A stretch of DNA of 64,000 nucleotides from an uncultured Spirochaetota bacterium (lineage in GTDB: Bacteria > Spirochaetota > Spirochaetia > SZUA-6 > Fen-1364), in the NCBI GenBank assembly GCA_963781885.1, contig CAWAHW010000006.1, positions 192,001 through 256,000 of the forward strand, in the 5' to 3' direction. The position numbers and the translations under genes were made by a program. Each line of letters begins with the position of its first letter. Position 1 is the first letter of the stretch. The notes under the pieces were generated by a model. That model was not told the DNA's origin, did not search any database, and saw only the letters and a program-made list of their open reading frames with translations. Positions 58,565 through 64,000 of the stretch are shown piece by piece.

Positions 58565-59991
58565 TCATGCCCGCATCCGCCTGAGGATGTCCCACCATGC
58601 TCCGCGGGCGCCGTCTGCGATAGCCTTCACGAGCGCCTTGTTGTCGTTGTAGTTGGAAGTGTCTGCCCGGCCGTCATCCGGTGCGCGGGCAGGAAGAAGC
58701 GCGTGTCATCCCCGACGAGCTTCTTCAAGAGGGCCTCGGGGCGGGGGCCGAGCGCAGGGGCAACGAAGAAAATCGGGCGGAGGAATCCGTCGTTGTCCAG
58801 GCGCGCGCCGCGCAGCGCGGGGTTTGCCTCCAGGGGCCCCATGCCGCGCACCTGGTCGGCGATCGCGGTGCCCTCGAAGACGCGCACGCCCAGCGAGACG
58901 CCGATGCAGTCCGGACCCGCACGTCGCACCACCTCCAGGGATTCCTGCACCGTCTCCGGCGTCTCCCCGGGACCGCCCACAAGCAGATCGTACATGAAGG
59001 GGATGCCAGCCTCCCGGCAGACCCGGGCCGTTTCTTCGACGTCGGCGGGCGTGAAATGCCTTCCGAGCCTCCGCAGCATCTCGGCGCTGCCGCTGTCGGC
59101 GCCGAAGTCGATGCCGACGCAGCCCGCGCGGCGCATGAGACCCGCGGTCTCCGCGTCGAAGGGCACCACCGAGCAATAGGCGTACCAGCGGATTGCATCG
59201 CCCAGGCCCGCGTCGATGATGGCGCGGCAGACCTCCTGGGCGTGGAGGAGCGGGATGTTGAACTCGCAGTCGCAGGTGTGCAGGACGTCGATGCCCTGGC
59301 CGCGCAAGGCCTGCAGCTCCTCCACGACCCGGCGCGGCGACAGGAGCCGGCTGCGCTTTCCCTTGGACACGGGGTCGGCGCAGTAGATGCACGTCATGGG
59401 GCATCCGCGCTTCGTCTCGAAGCCGGCCTGGCCGCCGCGCGCGAAGTACCACCCGTTGTCCACGAAGGACCGGGTGCGCGGCGGCAGCCGGTCGAGCACC
59501 ACGTCGACGGGTCGGTTGCGCTGCAGCCCGCCTTCATCCCAGAACACGAGACCCGGCACCTGCTCGAGCTCCGCCGCGCCGCCCATCGCCGCCAGGAGCT
59601 GGACGAAAGCCTCCTCACCTTCGCCGGCGATGCCGAAATCCGCGCCGCAGTATTCCACGATGCCCTCCGGCATGAGGGACAGCCCGACGCCGCCGAGTGA
59701 AATCGGCGCTTCCGAGCGGTCGCGGAGCTCGTGGACGATTTCCCGGATGCCGGGGAGGAAGGAGGAGCCACCCGCGAGAAAGCAGTCGTCGGTGTTCCGG
59801 ACCGTGCAGCCGATGATGTCGGGCATGGCGGCGCAGGCTTTGTCGATGTCGCTGTCGCGATTCTCCGAGATGCAAAGGTCGAGGAGGGATGCGTCGTGCC
59901 CCGCAGCGAGAATGCTCCCCGCCAGGTAGTCCAGGCCGATCGGGGCGACGGGAGGCTGCATGCGGTTGGTATTGACCAGGAGCACTTTCAT
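58565..59991 (-). CDS. Cobalamin-binding radical SAM protein (class B type); -1 frameshift near 58682
   Basis: MKVLLVNTNR..PPVAPIGLDYLA B12-binding start and ETKRGCPMTCIYC (CxxxCxxC). The C-terminus NYNDNKALVKAIADGARGAWWDILRR lies in another frame, ending at TGA 58565. Confidence 0.85.
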
Positions 59992-60067
59992 GCAAACGGA
60001 TCGTGAACCACGTGCAGGTGCCCTGTCAATGCGGCTTCGCGTGCGCCGTGGCGCCGCGGCCGGGAGC

Positions 60068-60298
60068 TCCATGGCGGGCCTCCTTTCGGCGGCTCTCGCC
60101 GCGCAAGCGCGCCCAAATGTCGCCAGGAGCGACAGGGCTGCCGCCCTCCGCACGGGGTACCGTGCTACGCGTCCATGGCGGGCCTCCTTTCGGCGGCTCT
60201 CGCCGCGCAAGCGCGCCCAAATGTCGCCAGGAGCGACAGGGCTGCCGCCCTCCGCACGGGGTACCGTGCTACGCGTCCATGGCGGGCCTCCTTTCGGC
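60068..60298. repeat. Perfect tandem repeat, 104-bp unit x 2.2, with internal hairpins (REP/BIME-like)
   Basis: Unit TCCATGGCGGGCCTCCTTTCGGC... starts at 60068, 60172 and 60276. Hairpins TGTCGC-CAGGA-GCGACA and GCACGG-GGTA-CCGTGC. Confidence 0.9.
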
Positions 60299-60339
60299 CA
60301 TCCGTGGCCTCGTCGGCCCTCGCCTTCCATGGCTATGCC

Positions 60340-60368
60340 TTGACCCCCGGCGGCATTCGCCTTACTGT
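60340..60368 (+). promoter_or_regulatory. Putative sigma70 promoter
   Basis: TTGACC-N17-TACTGT upstream of AAGGAG RBS and GTG 60391. Confidence 0.55.
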
Positions 60369-60390
60369 GCCTCCACAAGGAGCATCGCCC

Positions 60391-61758
60391 GTGCCCGACC
60401 GCATCAACGACGTGCGTCCTTTCCGCGCGCTGCACTACGACCCGAGCGTCGTGCCGGACCTCGGCCTGTGCCTCTCCCAGCCCTACGACGTGATATCCCC
60501 CGCCCAGCAGGACGCCTACTACGCGCAGCACCCCTGCAACGTGATCAGGCTCATCCTCAACAAGGAGGAGCGGGACGACGCAGACTCCCACAACCGCTAC
60601 ACGCGGGCGCGCACTCTTCTTGCCCAGTGGCGTGCGAGCGGCGTCCTGCGCGCCACGGCACGGCCCTCGTTCTGGGTCTACGAGCAGGAGTTCGACCTGC
60701 CGGAGATCGGGCGCAAGAAGGTGAAGGGCTTCATCGGCCTGGTGCGCCTGCGCGACTATGCGGAGCGCCGCGTGCTGCCCCACGAGAAGGTGCTGAAGGG
60801 ACCGCTGGCGGACCGCATCCGGCTCACCGAGACGACGAATACGCAGTTCGAGTACATCTGGGGTCTCTACCAGGACAAGGCGTACGTGATCGACAATGTG
60901 CTGGACCGGCAGGAGAAGGAAGACGCCATCGTCGACTTCCGCGAGGAGCCGATCGGGGTCCGGCATCGCATGTGGCGGCTCACCGATCCCGCCCTCTGCG
61001 ACATCGTGCGGCGCACGATGGCACGGCTGAAGATCTACATCGCCGACGGCCACCATCGCTACCAGACCATGCTCACCATCCGCGACCAGATGCGGAAGCG
61101 TTTCCCCGACGCCGGACCCGATGCGCCGTGGGAGTTCATCATGATGTTCCTGGTCAACTCGGAGCACGAGGGGCTCACGATCCTCCCGACGCATCGCATG
61201 CTCCACGGCATCCAGGTGGAAAGCATCTTCAAGCTGGGCGCCGACATCCTGGAGCATTTCCACGTGAAGAAATACGTCTTCCGCGACGGGGACGAGGGGG
61301 AGATCCGCCGGCGCTGGCTGCGCGACCTGCGCGACGTCGGGCCGGGCGAGCACACCTTCGGCGCCTACATCACGAACACGAACGGCTACTACCTGCTCAC
61401 GCTCCGCGACGAGGAGGCCTATGAGGAGCTCGTACGGCTGGACACGTCGTCGGAATGGAAGCTGCTCGACGTGAACATCCTCAACACGCTCATCCTCGAA
61501 CAGATCCTCGGCATCACGGAGGAGCAGCTGAGCCTCTCCACGAGCATTGCCTATACGAAGGACGTCGACGAGGCGCTGGCCAAGGTGCGGTCCGGCGAGA
61601 TGCAGGTCGCGCTCATCCTCAACCCCACGGCGCTCCGCGACGTGATCACCATCGCGGAGAACGACGAGAAGATGCCGCGGAAGTCCACCCACTTCTATCC
61701 CAAGCCCGTTTCCGGACTGGTTTTCTATCCCATGGATCCGGAGTTCCACGCGGTCTAA
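60391..61758 (+). CDS. DUF1015 family protein
   Basis: VRPFRALHY, QPYDVIS, VLPHEKVL, YIADGHHRY, ILPTHR and MPRKSTHFYPKPVSGL. Confidence 0.92.
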   Translation: MPDRINDVRPFRALHYDPSVVPDLGLCLSQPYDVISPAQQDAYYAQHPCNVIRLILNKEERDDADSHNRYTRARTLLAQWRASGVLRATARPSFWVYEQEFDLPEIGRKKVKGFIGLVRLRDYAERRVLPHEKVLKGPLADRIRLTETTNTQFEYIWGLYQDKAYVIDNVLDRQEKEDAIVDFREEPIGVRHRMWRLTDPALCDIVRRTMARLKIYIADGHHRYQTMLTIRDQMRKRFPDAGPDAPWEFIMMFLVNSEHEGLTILPTHRMLHGIQVESIFKLGADILEHFHVKKYVFRDGDEGEIRRRWLRDLRDVGPGEHTFGAYITNTNGYYLLTLRDEEAYEELVRLDTSSEWKLLDVNILNTLILEQILGITEEQLSLSTSIAYTKDVDEALAKVRSGEMQVALILNPTALRDVITIAENDEKMPRKSTHFYPKPVSGLVFYPMDPEFHAV

Positions 61759-61786
61759 CAGGGGGCGGCGGCGCGTCTTTCAATTC

Positions 61787-61815
61787 TTGGCAAGACCCCT
61801 TCGGCAGAGTATACT
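61787..61815 (+). promoter_or_regulatory. Sigma70 promoter (probably leaderless)
   Basis: TTGGCA-N17-TATACT, 8 nt before ATG 61824, with no RBS. Confidence 0.7.
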
Positions 61816-61823
61816 CGTTCGCT

Positions 61824-62882
61824 ATGAGCAGCGGACTTGTCGACGAGCTTCAGGAAGTGCCGCTTGATCGGGAAAACCAGGACCTGAAAGAGATCCTGGA
61901 GATCGCCTTCCAGATCACTGCCCAGCTCGAGATCGAAAACGTCATCAAGAACGTCGTCTGGAGCTTCGTGTCCAAGTACCAGATCGAAACGGCGACATTT
62001 GCCCTGCCCGGTGAGATGGATGAGAGCGCCGTGCAGGTCATCTCCTACAAGGGGGTGAAGAAGGAGGACCTCGGTTTCTCCCTCCCGACCCTCCAGCCGG
62101 TGTTCGCGTTCCTGGACAAGGACGAATACAGCCAGATCCCCTTCTCCTACTTCCGGGAGAACTTTCCCGACAAGGACGTCGCGGACAGCATGGCGAAGCT
62201 CGGCACCGAGGTGATCGTGCCGCTGCGCACCGACAAGGGATCGATGGGCATCCTCCTGCTCCCCCGCATGGGCACGGGGCAGGCCTACGGTCTTTCCGAG
62301 GTGCAGTACATCACGCGGATCGTGCGGTTCGCGTCGATCGCCATAGAGAACGCCAGTCTCTTCCGCCAGGCCACCACGGACCGCATGACCGGCCTTTTCT
62401 CCCATCACTTCTTCGAAAAGACCCTCGACGAGGAGCTGGAGCGCGCGCGGCGGTACAAATCGACATTCTCACTCGTCATGTTCGACATCGACCATTTCAA
62501 GATATTCAACGACACCTACGGCCACCTCCAGGGTGACAGGATCATCCGCGAGATCTCACGCCTGCTGTGCAAGTCCATCCGGCAGGTGGATTTTCCCGCC
62601 CGCTACGGCGGGGAAGAGTTCGCCGTGATCCTGCCCGCCGTCGACACGAAGGGCGCCCTTGTCGTGGCCGAGCGCCTGCGCAAGCGGGTGGAAGGATTCG
62701 CTTTCCCCAGCTCGGACGGCGGAGCGTCCCTCCACGTCACGATATCGGTGGGGGTCACGGAGTTCGATCCCGAATCCGCGTACGCCCCCTCGGAGATCAT
62801 CCGCGAAGCCGACCGCGCGCTGTACCAATCGAAGGAAAATGGCAGGAACAGGGTCACCATCGGCAACCCCCGCTCTGCCTGA
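61824..62882 (+). CDS. GAF-GGDEF diguanylate cyclase
   Basis: GAF-like N-terminus (IAIENASLF), TTDRMTGL, DIDHFKIFNDTYGH, RxxD I-site (RQVD) and RYGGEEF. Confidence 0.93.
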   Translation: MSSGLVDELQEVPLDRENQDLKEILEIAFQITAQLEIENVIKNVVWSFVSKYQIETATFALPGEMDESAVQVISYKGVKKEDLGFSLPTLQPVFAFLDKDEYSQIPFSYFRENFPDKDVADSMAKLGTEVIVPLRTDKGSMGILLLPRMGTGQAYGLSEVQYITRIVRFASIAIENASLFRQATTDRMTGLFSHHFFEKTLDEELERARRYKSTFSLVMFDIDHFKIFNDTYGHLQGDRIIREISRLLCKSIRQVDFPARYGGEEFAVILPAVDTKGALVVAERLRKRVEGFAFPSSDGGASLHVTISVGVTEFDPESAYAPSEIIREADRALYQSKENGRNRVTIGNPRSA

Positions 62883-62900
62883 CCGAAGCAAGGAGCTCCC

Positions 62901-64000
62901 GTGGTCATAGTGCTCGAGCGCACGATCCAGGACCAGGACAAGGCCCGCATCCGGGACTTTCTCGTCTCGCGCGGCTACACGATCCGCGAGATCGTCGGCG
63001 AGGAGGAAACGATACTCGGCGCCGTGGGCAAGGGCAGCGTCGACCTCCGTGAGGTCGAGATGCTCGCCGGCGTCGCCCGCGTCATCCCGATCAGCTCCCC
63101 GTACAAGCTGGCGTCGCGCGAGTTCCGACGCGACGACACGATCATCAGCCTGGGCGACCCGGCGCACCCGGTGCGCGTCGGTGGGCTTCGCATCGTTGTG
63201 ATCGCGGGGCCCTGCGCGGTGGAGTCCCGCGCGCAGACGATGGAGATTGCGGCGCTCGTGCGGGAGTCCGGGGCCGTGCTCTTCCGCGGCGGCGCGTGGA
63301 AGCCGCGCACCTCCCCTTACGCCTTCCAGGGTCTCGGCGAGGAGGCCCTGGCCTACCTCAAGGAGGCCGGGGAGGCGGAGGGCATGCCGGTCGTGTCGGA
63401 GATCGTCTCCCCCGAGCACGCCGACCTCATGAAGGACTACGTCGACATATTGCAGATCGGCGCGCGCAATATGCAGAACTTCGAGCTGCTGAAACGCGTC
63501 GGCAGCATGGGAAAGCCCGTGCTGCTCAAGCGCGGCCTTGCCGCGACCATCCAGGACCTCCTCATGTCCGCGGAATACCTTCTGGCGGCGGGCACGGACA
63601 ACGTCATCCTCTGCGAGCGGGGGATCCGCACCTTCGAGACCTCCACGCGCAACACGCTCGACCTTTCCGCCATCCCGGTGGTGAAGAAGCTCAGCCATCT
63701 TCCCATGATCGTCGATCCCAGCCACGGCACGGGCATCCGCGCAAAGGTGAGCCCGATGGCGCTCGCGGCCGTGGCCGCCGGGGCGGACGGGATCACCGTG
63801 GAGGTGCACTCCGACCCTGAGAAGGCCCTGTCCGACGGGCCGCAGTCGCTGTATCCCGACCAGTTCGAAAAGCTCATGCGCGATATCGAGGCCCTTGCGC
63901 CCGTTCTGGGCAAGGAGCTCGCGCGCCTGCCCGCGGATGAGAAGACACAGTCTCATGCGACCCTGGCCGGCTTCCGGGGAAAAGGGAAGCCCGCGCGCGG
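62901..64000 (+). CDS. aroF: DAHP synthase type I-beta with N-terminal regulatory domain (runs off right edge, possibly fused)
   Basis: AAGGAG RBS and GTG 62901. IAGPCAVES, KPRTSPYAFQG, IGARNMQN, CERGIRTFE, DPSHGTG and ALSDGPQSL. No stop before the window ends. Confidence 0.93.
   Translation, partial: MVIVLERTIQDQDKARIRDFLVSRGYTIREIVGEEETILGAVGKGSVDLREVEMLAGVARVIPISSPYKLASREFRRDDTIISLGDPAHPVRVGGLRIVVIAGPCAVESRAQTMEIAALVRESGAVLFRGGAWKPRTSPYAFQGLGEEALAYLKEAGEAEGMPVVSEIVSPEHADLMKDYVDILQIGARNMQNFELLKRVGSMGKPVLLKRGLAATIQDLLMSAEYLLAAGTDNVILCERGIRTFETSTRNTLDLSAIPVVKKLSHLPMIVDPSHGTGIRAKVSPMALAAVAAGADGITVEVHSDPEKALSDGPQSLYPDQFEKLMRDIEALAPVLGKELARLPADEKTQSHATLAGFRGKGKPAR

Noticed and set aside
60068-60298. 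Mini CRISPR array (23-bp motif occurring three times)
   Set aside because: The intervening 81-bp segments are identical rather than unique spacers, and no cas genes are present.
58627-61749. 1040-aa ORF on the minus strand
   Set aside because: The first ~586 codons are antisense shadow of DUF1015 and the repeat. The real gene starts at ATG 59991.

Overview
High-GC bacterial DNA, most likely from a spirochaete (class Spirochaetia). This is inferred from the archaeal-type pheS/pheT pair, the many lipoproteins and a GAF-GGDEF gene ahead of a DAHP synthase gene. No rRNA, tRNA, CRISPR array, integrase or transposase was recognised. The right half (about 36-64 kb) is mostly housekeeping and signalling: an SH3/M48/CHASE2-adenylate cyclase cassette, proS, a glpA-like gene, asd, GntR, a DTW protein, pheST, TIGR00300, Lrp, GNATs, YqgE, a B12 radical SAM enzyme, DUF1015, a diguanylate cyclase and DAHP synthase. 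The main find is a ~30 kb locus at 5.4-35.2 kb. On the minus strand lies a giant gene (18487-6667, ~3,940 codons once one extra base near 11.48 kb is removed). Its product has a Sec signal peptide, two matching 15/14-residue Trp-ladder helical segments, Gly/Ala-rich hydrophobic helices, an HExxH motif and a lower-GC C-terminal tip. An overlapping lipoprotein gene follows, as in toxin-immunity pairs. Divergently transcribed is a cluster encoding TPR lipoproteins, TolC, a long-hairpin membrane-fusion protein, two Ig-like lipoproteins and two RND permeases, one lacking the proton-relay residues. I propose, as inference, a polymorphic-toxin or giant surface-filament system exported by a repurposed RND-TolC machine. 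Seven genes carry frameshifts (six +1, one -1), pointing to sequencing or assembly indels. Family calls come from reading motifs by eye, not from database searches.
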